A stretch of DNA of 64,000 bases from Eledone cirrhosa (Eukaryota), in NCBI GenBank assembly GCA_964016885.1, contig OZ024753.1, positions 37,510,001-37,574,000 of the forward strand. The letters are read 5' to 3'. Shown piece by piece: positions 50,059 through 63,480 of the stretch. The notes under the pieces were generated by a model. The model was given only the letters and a program-made list of their open reading frames with translations. It did not search any database and was not told the DNA's origin. Every line of letters begins with the position of its first letter. Positions within the stretch are counted from its first letter, which is position 1. Made by a program: the position numbers and the translations under genes.

Positions 50059-51786
50059 GTGTATGTGAGTGTGCGCCAATACACATATATACATATACAT
50101 ACACACATACAAACACACACAAACTCATACATATGCATACGCACACACACACACACATATATCACATAGATACGAAGATAAACATATAAATAGAGAGACA
50201 TACAAATATATACAGAACCCATATACACATACATACAAATACGCATATACATATATATACATATATACACACATATATATTCCTATATACAAGCATACAC
50301 ATACACACACATATATACATATACATACACATATACATATCACACATTCACATACACGTACATATATAATACATATATATACATATATATACATATATAT
50401 GTATGTACAATCATATATACACACTCAATCTTACATTCATATTTACATGCTCATATATGTATTTTTATATTTAGAAATAAATACCAAAAAAACTATATAG
50501 ACACCCATCTACACATATATTCATACATATACACTTACAAAAACAGATGATAATAGTATGGGGGAAAGGGGGGGTTTGGAGAAGGGGATCAAAGTAAATA
50601 TATGTTTCAAGAAACATATAATATTTTCCATATCTTAATTCAATGTATGTTCTTACATATTTTCAGTGCTAGGAAATACGAAATCTATGCATCACAAAAT
50701 AAAAAAGTATACTATTAATCATATGTCAACTAAACCAAAGATAGTCAACATATTGATTTCCAAGGTGTAAATTAGTTAGGTTTATAATATTTGAGGCAGA
50801 ATTATGAAGTCAAACAGTAGTAGATTATTAATTACATTATAACTAAATTAAAGTTAATAACGTTATGGTATCAATATTAGGAGATGAATAGGGAAAAGAA
50901 ACCCAAATAAAAATAAAAATAAAATAAAGTATTACATCGGTAGTAGCATATAAATTATATGTTAACTAAGTTAAAAATTATATATTTATTTCAATAGTAT
51001 ATGTTAATTAGTATATGTTAATTAGGTATACAATACATAAAGCAGATATTGTATTTCATCAATAGCATAATATAATTATATGCAAATAAAAATCAAAATT
51101 AATACGCATACATATACATATACATACACATACACATACCTATACATATACATACACATATATATATATATATATATATACATATATATACACATACATA
51201 CATATATAGTCACATAAATATACATACAGATACACATACAACACACACATATACATATACATATAGATATACATATCTTTTTCAAAAAATTTGCACAGAA
51301 TATATTAACTAGGTATATATCCAAAAACACCTCCCATTCTATGATTACATGACATTCTGCAATTTGTCTGTACAATGATACTAATTTTAAGCAAATTAAA
51401 GTTAAAATTAAAGTTTTAGGTTGATTAAAGCTAAAACCAAATAATAAATATATTTCCAAAATGTATATTAATTAGGTCAATAATACTAAAAATTCTTTCT
51501 CCGTCATAGGATACATGATATTATTTTGTTATATTTTATCTGTAAAAGAATTATAATAAAAAAAATTATAATAAAAGGTTAAACTAAATTAAAAAATTAT
51601 AATAAAAGGTTAAAATAAGTTAAAATTAATCTATAAATTAAATTACTGAATATATATTAGTAATATTTAAAGGTTTTTCAAAATTAATGATTACATAATA
51701 TTTTCTCATCTGTAATAAAATATTAATTAAATTAAATTTATAGGTTAACTAACATTTAAATTAAATTAAATTCTAGAATAATGTTA

Positions 51787-53384
51787 TTAATTAGGTTTAT
51801 AATATTTAAATGTTTTTTTTAGTTTATGATTACACGATATAATTAATTCCTGTCTTTTATTTAATAAGATATCCCTAGACTTCATTATTTCAAATAGTTC
51901 TTGGGAACATAATCTACATTCCTTTCTATTATTTTGATAAGGGGTGGCTCTTTTGAGCACACTCCAGGTCAAATCATATTTTATATTTTTATTTTTATAA
52001 CTATTGATTTTTTCTGCTAGAGATGTTGTATTAGCCAGTGCGGCATTTTTAAAGCTATGTTTGTGGGTATTATATCTTGTCTTAAAATTGTTAGAGGTAG
52101 CTCCTATATATGAGCAAATAGAATCTTTAGTTTTAACATTACATTTATAGACTATGTTGTTAACAAGACAATTCCCTTTTAATGGGCAGTTTGTTTTGTT
52201 TCTACAGTTACATCCTTTCGTTAATTCTGTATTTGAGGAGATATTATTGTTAATTTGATGTACTGGTGGTATACTTATAGTTTTCTTACATTTATATGCA
52301 TTATATGCACTTATATTTTGTTTTATGTTATTTGTTGTAGAATATGAGAATTTAACTGTAGACCTATTTAAGATTTGATGGTATTTGTGGTTTGGCGGGA
52401 AGTTTTTCTCAAGGATATAAAAAAATTTTTTAGCAATATTATCCTTAACTTGTAAATTAAAAGGAGCATTATACCAAGTAACTCGTCTATTACGGTTTCT
52501 ATGTTGTTTATTATTTTTATTATTTTTATATGTTGTATCATGATTTTTACTAGGAGGAATAATGTTAATGATCTCACCACAACTATTTTTAGTTATATTT
52601 GTAGATTTAGGTGTTTTATCTTTTTTATTAGGAGTTTTATTATTAATATTTATTATAGTCTTATGATGAGTAGTTTTTTGAGGGTTACTATACTTTATAT
52701 TAAAAGATTTAGTATTTTGGGGTATACTGTGGGTGGCATTTAGGTGTGTACTTTTCATTTGGTGTTTGTTGGTAATATTATGCTGTATGCTTTCAGTATT
52801 TTTAGTAGAAGGTATATACTCTAATCTATTTTTGTGGCCACTTCTATCTAGAGCTTCATTATAAAAGGTCGCATTTTTATCAAATACATCTTGGTTAGAA
52901 GAAAGGTTAGAAATTCTAAGTGATATATTGTATGCAAGGTTTTTAAGGATAGATTTAGGGTGATTAGATTGTGAGTGTATGTAATGTAAGTTTTGGTTAG
53001 GTTTATGGTAAGGTTGGTATATACCCGTAGCTAAATCTAAAGTTATATCTAGGAAATTTACTACTTTACTTGTTTTTTCAAAAGTAATATTAAGATTATA
53101 ATAGTCTTTAAGGAAAGTTCTAATATGCTTTTTGTTTTTTTCGATTTCTGAAAGGCTAAGGTTGTTAGAAAGAAGAAGACAGTCATCACGATATAAACCA
53201 CCTTTGAGGTGGGGAAAAGAGGCATTTATGTTGAAAAGGAGAAAGAGGCCCACAAGATCAGTAATTTGGGCAGAATCGCTTGAACCCATAGTAATATCAA
53301 AAAGATTACTATAAGTGTTTCTGGTCCAGTATTCATTCTGAAATTCAATAAGTGTTTGTCTAGCATGTATAATAATGTTAATGT
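51787..53384 (-). pseudogene. 5'-truncated copy of the PLE ORF (RT motifs B-E, thumb, GIY-YIG)
   Basis: Same protein as 58537-60978 from INIIIHARQ onward, with one visible change (DDCLLL vs DDCLFL). The N-terminus in the ORF track comes from junction filler. Confidence 0.93.
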
Positions 53385-53418
53385 TAACATGTCTAGCATG
53401 TATAATAATAATAATGTT

Positions 53419-54768
53419 AACAAAAAGCATATTAGAACTTTCCTTAAAGACTATTATAATCTTAATATTACTTTTGAAAAAACAAGTAAAGTAGTAAATT
53501 TCCTAGATATAACTTTAGATTTAGCTACGGGTATATACCAACCTTACCATAAACCTAACCAAAACTTACATTACATACACTCACAATCTAATCACCCTAA
53601 ATCTATCCTTAAAAACCTTGCATACAATATATCACTTAGAATTTCTAACCTTTCTTCTAACCAAGATGTATTTGATAAAAATGCGACCTTTTATAATGAA
53701 GCTCTAGATAGAAGTGGCCACAAAAATAGATTAGAGTATATACCTTCTACTAAAAATACTGAAAGCATACAGCATAATATTACCAACAAACACCAAATGA
53801 AAAGTACACACCTAAATGCCACCCACAGTATACCCCAAAATACTAAATCTTTTAATATAAAGTATAGTAACCCTCAAAAAACTACTCATCATAAGACTAT
53901 AATAAATATTAATAATAAAACTCCTAATAAAAAAGATAAAACACCTAAATCTACAAATATAACTAAAAATAGTTGTGGTGAGATCATTAACATTATTCCT
54001 CCTAGTAAAAATCATGATACAACATATAAAAATAATAAAAATAATAAACAACATAGAAACCGTAATAGACGAGTTACTTGGTATAATGCTCCTTTTAATT
54101 TACAAGTTAAGGATAATATTGCTAAAAAATTTTTTTATATCCTTGAGAAAAACTTCCCGCCAAACCACAAATACCATCAAATCTTAAATAGGTCTACAGT
54201 TAAATTCTCATATTCTACAACAAATAACATAAAACAAAATATAAGTGCATATAATGCATATAAATGTAAGAAAACTATAAGTATACCACCAGTACATCAA
54301 ATTAACAATAATATCTCCTCAAATACAGAATTAACGAAAGGATGTAACTGTAGAAACAAAACAAACTGCCCATTAAAAGGGAATTGTCTTGTTAACAACA
54401 TAGTCTATAAATGTAATGTTAAAACTAAAGATTCTATTTGCTCATATATAGGAGCTACCTCTAACAATTTTAAGACAAGATATAATACCCACAAACATAG
54501 CTTTAAAAATGCCGCACTGGCTAATACAACATCTCTAGCAGAAAAAATCAATAGTTATAAAAATAAAAATATAAAATATGATTTGACCTGGAGTGTGCTC
54601 AAAAGAGCCACCCCTTATCAAAATAATAGAAAGGAATGTAGATTATGTTCCCAAGAACTATTTGAAATAATGAAGTCTAGGGATATCTTATTAAATAAAA
54701 GACAGGAATTAATTATATCGTGTAATCATAAACTAAAAAAAACATTTAAATATTATAAACCTAATTAA
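53419..54768 (+). pseudogene. 5'-truncated copy of the PLE ORF (after YRDD to end)
   Basis: Matches 59629-60978 from NKKHIRTFLK and lacks the catalytic motifs A-C. Confidence 0.93.
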
Positions 54769-56624
54769 TAACATTATTCTAGAATTTAATTTAATTTAAA
54801 TGTTAGTTAACCTATAAATTTAATTTAATTAATATTTTATTACAGATGAGAAAATATTATGTAATCATTAATTTTGAAAAACCTTTAAATATTACTAATA
54901 TATATTCAGTAATTTAATTTATAGATTAATTTTAACTTATTTTAACCTTTTATTATAATTTTTTAATTTAGTTTAACCTTTTATTATAATTTTTTTTATT
55001 ATAATTCTTTTACAGATAAAATATAACAAAATAATATCATGTATCCTATGACGGAGAAAGAATTTTTAGTATTATTGACCTAATTAATATACATTTTGGA
55101 AATATATTTATTATTTGGTTTTAGCTTTAATCAACCTAAAACTTTAATTTTAACTTTAATTTGCTTAAAATTAGTATCATTGTACAGACAAATTGCAGAA
55201 TGTCATGTAATCATAGAATGGGAGGTGTTTTTGGATATATACCTAGTTAATATATTCTGTGCAAATTTTTTGAAAAAGATATGTATATCTATATGTATAT
55301 GTATATGTGTGTGTTGTATGTGTATCTGTATGTATATTTATGTGACTATATATGTATGTATGTGTATATATATGTATATATATATATATATATATATGTG
55401 TATGTATATGTATAGGTATGTGTATGTGTATGTATATGTATATGTATGCGTATTAATTTTGATTTTTATTTGCATATAATTATATTATGCTATTGATGAA
55501 ATACAATATCTGCTTTATGTATTGTATACCTAATTAACATATACTAATTAACATATACTATTGAAATAAATATATAATTTTTAACTTAGTTAACATATAA
55601 TTTATATGCTACTACCGATGTAATACTTTATTTTATTTTTATTTTTATTTGGGTTTCTTTTCCCTATTCATCTCCTAATATTGATACCATAACGTTATTA
55701 ACTTTAATTTAGTTATAATGTAATTAATAATCTACTACTGTTTGACTTCATAATTCTGCCTCAAATATTATAAACCTAACTAATTTACACCTTGGAAATC
55801 AATATGTTGACTATCTTTGGTTTAGTTGACATATGATTAATAGTATACTTTTTTATTTTGTGATGCATAGATTTCGTATTTCCTAGCACTGAAAATATGT
55901 AAGAACATACATTGAATTAAGATATGGAAAATATTATATGTTTCTTGAAACATATATTTACTTTGATCCCCTTCTCCAAACCCCCCCTTTCCCCCATACT
56001 ATTATCATCTGTTTTTGTAAGTGTATATGTATGAATATATGTGTAGATGGGTGTCTATATAGTTTTTTTGGTATTTATTTCTAAATATAAAAATACATAT
56101 ATGAGCATGTAAATATGAATGTAAGATTGAGTGTGTATATATGATTGTACATACATATATATGTATATATATGTATATATATGTATTATATATGTACGTG
56201 TATGTGAATGTGTGATATGTATATGTGTATGTATATGTATATATGTGTGTGTATGTGTATGCTTGTATATAGGAATATATATGTGTGTATATATGTATAT
56301 ATATGTATATGCGTATTTGTATGTATGTGTATATGGGTTCTGTATATATTTGTATGTCTCTCTATTTATATGTTTATCTTCGTATCTATGTGATATATGT
56401 GTGTGTGTGTGTGCGTATGCATATGTATGAGTTTGTGTGTGTTTGTATGTGTGTATGTATATGTATATATGTGTATTGGCGCACACTCACATACACATAT
56501 ATATATATATATATATATATGTGTGAGTGTGTATGTGTGTCTGTATGTGTGTGCGTGTGTGTATATGTGTATTTATATATATATATATATATATGTGTAT
56601 GTATGTGTATGTGTGTGTATATAG

Positions 56625-56660
<36 letters not shown>

Positions 56661-56803
56661 GTGTATATAGGTGTCTATGTGTGAATATATGTCTTTATTC
56701 GTATGTGTGTATTTATATATGTTTATATTTAGGTGTATGTATGTATGTGTATGTATGTATGTATGTGTATGTGTGTGTATGTATATGTGTATATGTGTGT
56801 ATA

Positions 56804-56842
<39 letters not shown>

Positions 56843-57057
56843 CTTTATTATTATTGTAATATAACTTATGTGTATATGTGTATAAGTGAGGTTGTGTATG
56901 TATATATACTATGTGTATATATAAGAGTAATGAAATATATATATATATATATATATATATGTGCATGTCTGTATTTTATGTGTGTGTGTGGATATATATA
57001 TGTGTATGTGTGTATATGTGTATGTATATATACATATGTGTGTACGTGTGTGTATGT

Positions 57058-57108
<51 letters not shown>

Positions 57109-57217
57109 TGGATGTTTGTATGTGTTTTTATGGTGATATGAGTGTGGGATATATATGCTTGTGTATAAATGTATGTATGTGTATGTATATATATATGAGT
57201 CTACGTGTGTGTGTATA

Positions 57218-57266
<49 letters not shown>

Positions 57267-58038
57267 ATGTATGTATGTGTTGCGCGTGTGTGTGTCCGTA
57301 TTTATATCTTTTTATATGTGTATGTGTATGTTCGTGTAAATGTATGTGTGTGTATGACAGTATAGGTATGTGTGTATGTATGTATGTATAGATATCTCTA
57401 TGTGCGCGTACATGTATGTATGTGTATGTATATCTGTATGCGTATGTACATTATATTATATGTAATATATTTTATTGTTTTTATTTTTTTATTTTTCATA
57501 ATTTATAGATACATTTATATTAAGGTTGTCTGGTCTGACAGTCTAATACTGACCCCTCCCCCCCCCCCCTCCCACCTAATTTCTGTATCTTGATCTTGAA
57601 ATGTGTGTACCAGTGTGTTTATGTGAGTGACTTAATTTCTATTTGCTTATGATTTTATATCCACATATATAAATGTGAGTGGGGGAGTGTGTGTGTTTGT
57701 GTGTTCGTGGTTATGTGTATATTTATATATATACGCACATGTATGTGTGATTATACTGATATGTGTGAGTATGAAAAAAATATATTTATATGCTTGACTC
57801 CATAAGTATCATTGCGTATCTTATCAGCGCATTAAGCTTACAGAGATATTAACCTTGAAATTTTTTATTTGCATCCATCTTTTTAGTATGCACATACAGA
57901 TTATACACACATTATTGTAAAATGTGTGTAGGGTTTTACATGTATATACACACACCAAACTGCTTTTTAACCCTTTGTGTTTTCATTGGTCAATTTTGAA
58001 CTGATATTTTGAATTGTTGTTATTATCAATAAATATAC

Positions 58039-58193
58039 TTCATTATTTCTGAAGACGGCGTATATATGAGTTAGGTATGTATATTTAATCTTGATAATTT
58101 GTATAATTTTGTATAATTTTGTACATAGATCTGTTAAATATGCATACCAATTATAACACATATATACCCTAGAAACGATCGTTAAATAGTGAA
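58039..58193 (+). ncRNA. Type I hammerhead ribozyme with extended stem II (PLE pseudo-LTR)
   Basis: Stem I TTCATTATTT(58039-48)/AAATAGTGAA(58184-93). Core CTGAAGA 58049-55. Stem II 58056-58171 (GTATATATG/CATATATAC; GGTATGTATATTTAA/TTAAATATGCATACC). GAAA 58172-75, palindromic stem III ACGATCGT, predicted GUU cleavage after 58183. Confidence 0.88.
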
Positions 58194-58536
58194 CTTTTTT
58201 TGTTTAATATAAGGAATTGTTTGTTCATTATTTGTTTAATATTTTATCTTGACTCTGCATACCGTTTATCTTTCACCGAAATTGGATTTTCATTACATCT
58301 CTTCTTTCCATGATATCCGGAATACATTGAGTTCTTCATACGGATTGGACACTACCGTAAACTCTTGGTAGATTTATCTACATAATTTTGCTCCTATTTT
58401 CACGGAAATATTCGTATTTTTGTACTGTATGTGTGTATTAATTTTATATTTATGTATAAACATATATATATGTATGATTTTGTAAACCCATATACATTTA
58501 GTTGAGCTCTTTCAATTGTCCATCATCCATATCACA

Positions 58537-60978
58537 ATGGAAAAACAATATTTAGGAACCTCCTTAAAAAACATACCAATACCTTCTAAGGACGACTTCT
58601 TACTCCTTATGATTCAGAAAACTAATAATTTTATCAGAAGGGTTAGATGGAGAGCCTACCACTTTGATAGGAAATCTAAACAAGCAGATCGGAAATATAT
58701 GTATGATTTCAACACTTACAAGAATCCACCACACAACTTTTTACTTGAAGACTTCGAGAAAGACCTTTTTAATTTAATTAAACACCTAAAATTTAAAAAG
58801 TATAAATCCGTCTTTCAAAAGGACCTTGATTCTACCCTATTGGACCTAAAAAAGTCTAAAAAAATCCATGTCCACTCGGACAAAACTGGTAACTTGTATC
58901 ATATGGATATTGAACATTATAATGAGTTCATATATAAAGAACTCAGAAAAAATTATAAAAAATCTAATAATGCGTCACTCACCAACATCAACAACAAAAC
59001 ACACAACATAGTAAAAAAACTAAATATTGAAGATAGAACTGAACCTTTGGCATTGAGAAGTCCACACTTCAACCTGAAAGATCACAAATCTAACTTTAAC
59101 TCTAATCCTTCTATTAGACTTATATGTCCCTCCAAATCAGATATTGGAATAATTAGCAAAAAAATTTTAGATAGAGTCATCCCACAAATAAGAAAATACG
59201 TTATTTTACCACTCTGGGAAAACACCTCCCAGGTAATTAATTGGTTTAAAAATATTAGGTGTAAATCTTCTGCTTCTTTCCTACAGTTTGATATAGATAA
59301 TTATTATTCTTCTATATCACCCATACTCCTGAACAAAGCATTAATATTTGCTAAAAATAGATCTAGTTTAACTTCGGATGACATTAACATTATTATACAT
59401 GCTAGACAAACACTTATTGAATTTCAGAATGAATACTGGACCAGAAACACTTATAGTAATCTTTTTGATATTACTATGGGTTCAAGCGATTCTGCCCAAA
59501 TTACTGATCTTGTGGGCCTCTTTCTCCTTTTCAACATAAATGCCTCTTTTCCCCACCTCAAAGGTGGTTTATATCGTGATGACTGTCTTTTTCTTTCTAA
59601 CAACCTTAGCCTTTCAGAAATCGAAAAAAACAAAAAGCATATTAGAACTTTCCTTAAAGACTATTATAATCTTAATATTACTTTTGAAAAAACAAGTAAA
59701 GTAGTAAATTTCCTAGATATAACTTTAGATTTAGCTACGGGTATATACCAACCTTACCATAAACCTAACCAAAACTTACATTACATACACTCACAATCTA
59801 ATCACCCTAAATCTATCCTTAAAAACCTTGCATACAATATATCACTTAGAATTTCTAACCTTTCTTCTAACCAAGATGTATTTGATAAAAATGCGACCTT
59901 TTATAATGAAGCTCTAGATAGAAGTGGCCACAAAAATAGATTAGAGTATATACCTTCTACTAAAAATACTGAAAGCATACAGCATAATATTACCAACAAA
60001 CACCAAATGAAAAGTACACACCTAAATGCCACCCACAGTATACCCCAAAATACTAAATCTTTTAATATAAAGTATAGTAACCCTCAAAAAACTACTCATC
60101 ATAAGACTATAATAAATATTAATAATAAAACTCCTAATAAAAAAGATAAAACACCTAAATCTACAAATATAACTAAAAATAGTTGTGGTGAGATCATTAA
60201 CATTATTCCTCCTAGTAAAAATCATGATACAACATATAAAAATAATAAAAATAATAAACAACATAGAAACCGTAATAGACGAGTTACTTGGTATAATGCT
60301 CCTTTTAATTTACAAGTTAAGGATAATATTGCTAAAAAATTTTTTTATATCCTTGAGAAAAACTTCCCGCCAAACCACAAATACCATCAAATCTTAAATA
60401 GGTCTACAGTTAAATTCTCATATTCTACAACAAATAACATAAAACAAAATATAAGTGCATATAATGCATATAAATGTAAGAAAACTATAAGTATACCACC
60501 AGTACATCAAATTAACAATAATATCTCCTCAAATACAGAATTAACGAAAGGATGTAACTGTAGAAACAAAACAAACTGCCCATTAAAAGGGAATTGTCTT
60601 GTTAACAACATAGTCTATAAATGTAATGTTAAAACTAAAGATTCTATTTGCTCATATATAGGAGCTACCTCTAACAATTTTAAGACAAGATATAATACCC
60701 ACAAACATAGCTTTAAAAATGCCGCACTGGCTAATACAACATCTCTAGCAGAAAAAATCAATAGTTATAAAAATAAAAATATAAAATATGATTTGACCTG
60801 GAGTGTGCTCAAAAGAGCCACCCCTTATCAAAATAATAGAAAGGAATGTAGATTATGTTCCCAAGAACTATTTGAAATAATGAAGTCTAGGGATATCTTA
60901 TTAAATAAAAGACAGGAATTAATTATATCGTGTAATCATAAACTAAAAAAAACATTTAAATATTATAAACCTAATTAA
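58537..60978 (+). CDS. Penelope-like element polyprotein: reverse transcriptase + C-terminal GIY-YIG endonuclease (813 aa from first ATG)
   Basis: Uninterrupted ORF. RT motifs: SDKTGN (DKG-like), QFDIDNYY (A), MGSSDSAQITDLVG (B), YRDD (C), FLDITL (E), and a YIHSQSNHP thumb. Then a CNCR-x4-CPLKGNC Cys cluster, IVY...YIGAT, FKTRYNTH, CRLCSQE and LLNKR of the PLE GIY-YIG. The ORF track starts at TTG 58516; the first ATG is 58537. Confidence 0.96.
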   Translation: MEKQYLGTSLKNIPIPSKDDFLLLMIQKTNNFIRRVRWRAYHFDRKSKQADRKYMYDFNTYKNPPHNFLLEDFEKDLFNLIKHLKFKKYKSVFQKDLDSTLLDLKKSKKIHVHSDKTGNLYHMDIEHYNEFIYKELRKNYKKSNNASLTNINNKTHNIVKKLNIEDRTEPLALRSPHFNLKDHKSNFNSNPSIRLICPSKSDIGIISKKILDRVIPQIRKYVILPLWENTSQVINWFKNIRCKSSASFLQFDIDNYYSSISPILLNKALIFAKNRSSLTSDDINIIIHARQTLIEFQNEYWTRNTYSNLFDITMGSSDSAQITDLVGLFLLFNINASFPHLKGGLYRDDCLFLSNNLSLSEIEKNKKHIRTFLKDYYNLNITFEKTSKVVNFLDITLDLATGIYQPYHKPNQNLHYIHSQSNHPKSILKNLAYNISLRISNLSSNQDVFDKNATFYNEALDRSGHKNRLEYIPSTKNTESIQHNITNKHQMKSTHLNATHSIPQNTKSFNIKYSNPQKTTHHKTIININNKTPNKKDKTPKSTNITKNSCGEIINIIPPSKNHDTTYKNNKNNKQHRNRNRRVTWYNAPFNLQVKDNIAKKFFYILEKNFPPNHKYHQILNRSTVKFSYSTTNNIKQNISAYNAYKCKKTISIPPVHQINNNISSNTELTKGCNCRNKTNCPLKGNCLVNNIVYKCNVKTKDSICSYIGATSNNFKTRYNTHKHSFKNAALANTTSLAEKINSYKNKNIKYDLTWSVLKRATPYQNNRKECRLCSQELFEIMKSRDILLNKRQELIISCNHKLKKTFKYYKPN

Positions 60979-62834
60979 TAACATTATTCTAGAATTTAAT
61001 TTAATTTAAATGTTAGTTAACCTATAAATTTAATTTAATTAATATTTTATTACAGATGAGAAAATATTATGTAATCATTAATTTTGAAAAACCTTTAAAT
61101 ATTACTAATATATATTCAGTAATTTAATTTATAGATTAATTTTAACTTATTTTAACCTTTTATTATAATTTTTTAATTTAGTTTAACCTTTTATTATAAT
61201 TTTTTTTATTATAATTCTTTTACAGATAAAATATAACAAAATAATATCATGTATCCTATGACGGAGAAAGAATTTTTAGTATTATTGACCTAATTAATAT
61301 ACATTTTGGAAATATATTTATTATTTGGTTTTAGCTTTAATCAACCTAAAACTTTAATTTTAACTTTAATTTGCTTAAAATTAGTATCATTGTACAGACA
61401 AATTGCAGAATGTCATGTAATCATAGAATGGGAGGTGTTTTTGGATATATACCTAGTTAATATATTCTGTGCAAATTTTTTGAAAAAGATATGTATATCT
61501 ATATGTATATGTATATGTGTGTGTTGTATGTGTATCTGTATGTATATTTATGTGACTATATATGTATGTATGTGTATATATATGTATATATATATATATA
61601 TATATATGTGTATGTATATGTATAGGTATGTGTATGTGTATGTATATGTATATGTATGCGTATTAATTTTGATTTTTATTTGCATATAATTATATTATGC
61701 TATTGATGAAATACAATATCTGCTTTATGTATTGTATACCTAATTAACATATACTAATTAACATATACTATTGAAATAAATATATAATTTTTAACTTAGT
61801 TAACATATAATTTATATGCTACTACCGATGTAATACTTTATTTTATTTTTATTTTTATTTGGGTTTCTTTTCCCTATTCATCTCCTAATATTGATACCAT
61901 AACGTTATTAACTTTAATTTAGTTATAATGTAATTAATAATCTACTACTGTTTGACTTCATAATTCTGCCTCAAATATTATAAACCTAACTAATTTACAC
62001 CTTGGAAATCAATATGTTGACTATCTTTGGTTTAGTTGACATATGATTAATAGTATACTTTTTTATTTTGTGATGCATAGATTTCGTATTTCCTAGCACT
62101 GAAAATATGTAAGAACATACATTGAATTAAGATATGGAAAATATTATATGTTTCTTGAAACATATATTTACTTTGATCCCCTTCTCCAAACCCCCCCTTT
62201 CCCCCATACTATTATCATCTGTTTTTGTAAGTGTATATGTATGAATATATGTGTAGATGGGTGTCTATATAGTTTTTTTGGTATTTATTTCTAAATATAA
62301 AAATACATATATGAGCATGTAAATATGAATGTAAGATTGAGTGTGTATATATGATTGTACATACATATATATGTATATATATGTATATATATGTATTATA
62401 TATGTACGTGTATGTGAATGTGTGATATGTATATGTGTATGTATATGTATATATGTGTGTGTATGTGTATGCTTGTATATAGGAATATATATGTGTGTAT
62501 ATATGTATATATATGTATATGCGTATTTGTATGTATGTGTATATGGGTTCTGTATATATTTGTATGTCTCTCTATTTATATGTTTATCTTCGTATCTATG
62601 TGATATATGTGTGTGTGTGTGTGCGTATGCATATGTATGAGTTTGTGTGTGTTTGTATGTGTGTATGTATATGTATATATGTGTATTGGCGCACACTCAC
62701 ATACACATATATATATATATATATATATATGTGTGAGTGTGTATGTGTGTCTGTATGTGTGTGCGTGTGTGTATATGTGTATTTATATATATATATATAT
62801 ATATGTGTATGTATGTGTATGTGTGTGTATATAG

Positions 62835-62870
<36 letters not shown>

Positions 62871-63013
62871 GTGTATATAGGTGTCTATGTGTGAATATAT
62901 GTCTTTATTCGTATGTGTGTATTTATATATGTTTATATTTAGGTGTATGTATGTATGTGTATGTATGTATGTATGTGTATGTGTGTGTATGTATATGTGT
63001 ATATGTGTGTATA

Positions 63014-63052
<39 letters not shown>

Positions 63053-63267
63053 CTTTATTATTATTGTAATATAACTTATGTGTATATGTGTATAAGTGAG
63101 GTTGTGTATGTATATATACTATGTGTATATATAAGAGTAATGAAATATATATATATATATATATATATATGTGCATGTCTGTATTTTATGTGTGTGTGTG
63201 GATATATATATGTGTATGTGTGTATATGTGTATGTATATATACATATGTGTGTACGTGTGTGTATGT

Positions 63268-63322
<55 letters not shown>

Positions 63323-63431
63323 TGGATGTTTGTATGTGTTTTTATGGTGATATGAGTGTGGGATATATATGCTTGTGTATAAATGTATGTATGTGTATGT
63401 ATATATATATGAGTCTACGTGTGTGTGTATA

Positions 63432-63480
<49 letters not shown>

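Noticed and set aside
55096-55479. 127-aa ORF repeated three times in the PLE 3' region
   Set aside because: It has a TTG start and half of it is microsatellite. It is repeated only because the element is.
58537-60978. Telomerase, Naiad/Chlamys-type or selenoprotein PLE
   Set aside because: The endonuclease is C-terminal, there is no in-frame TGA, and no telomerase-specific domains are seen.
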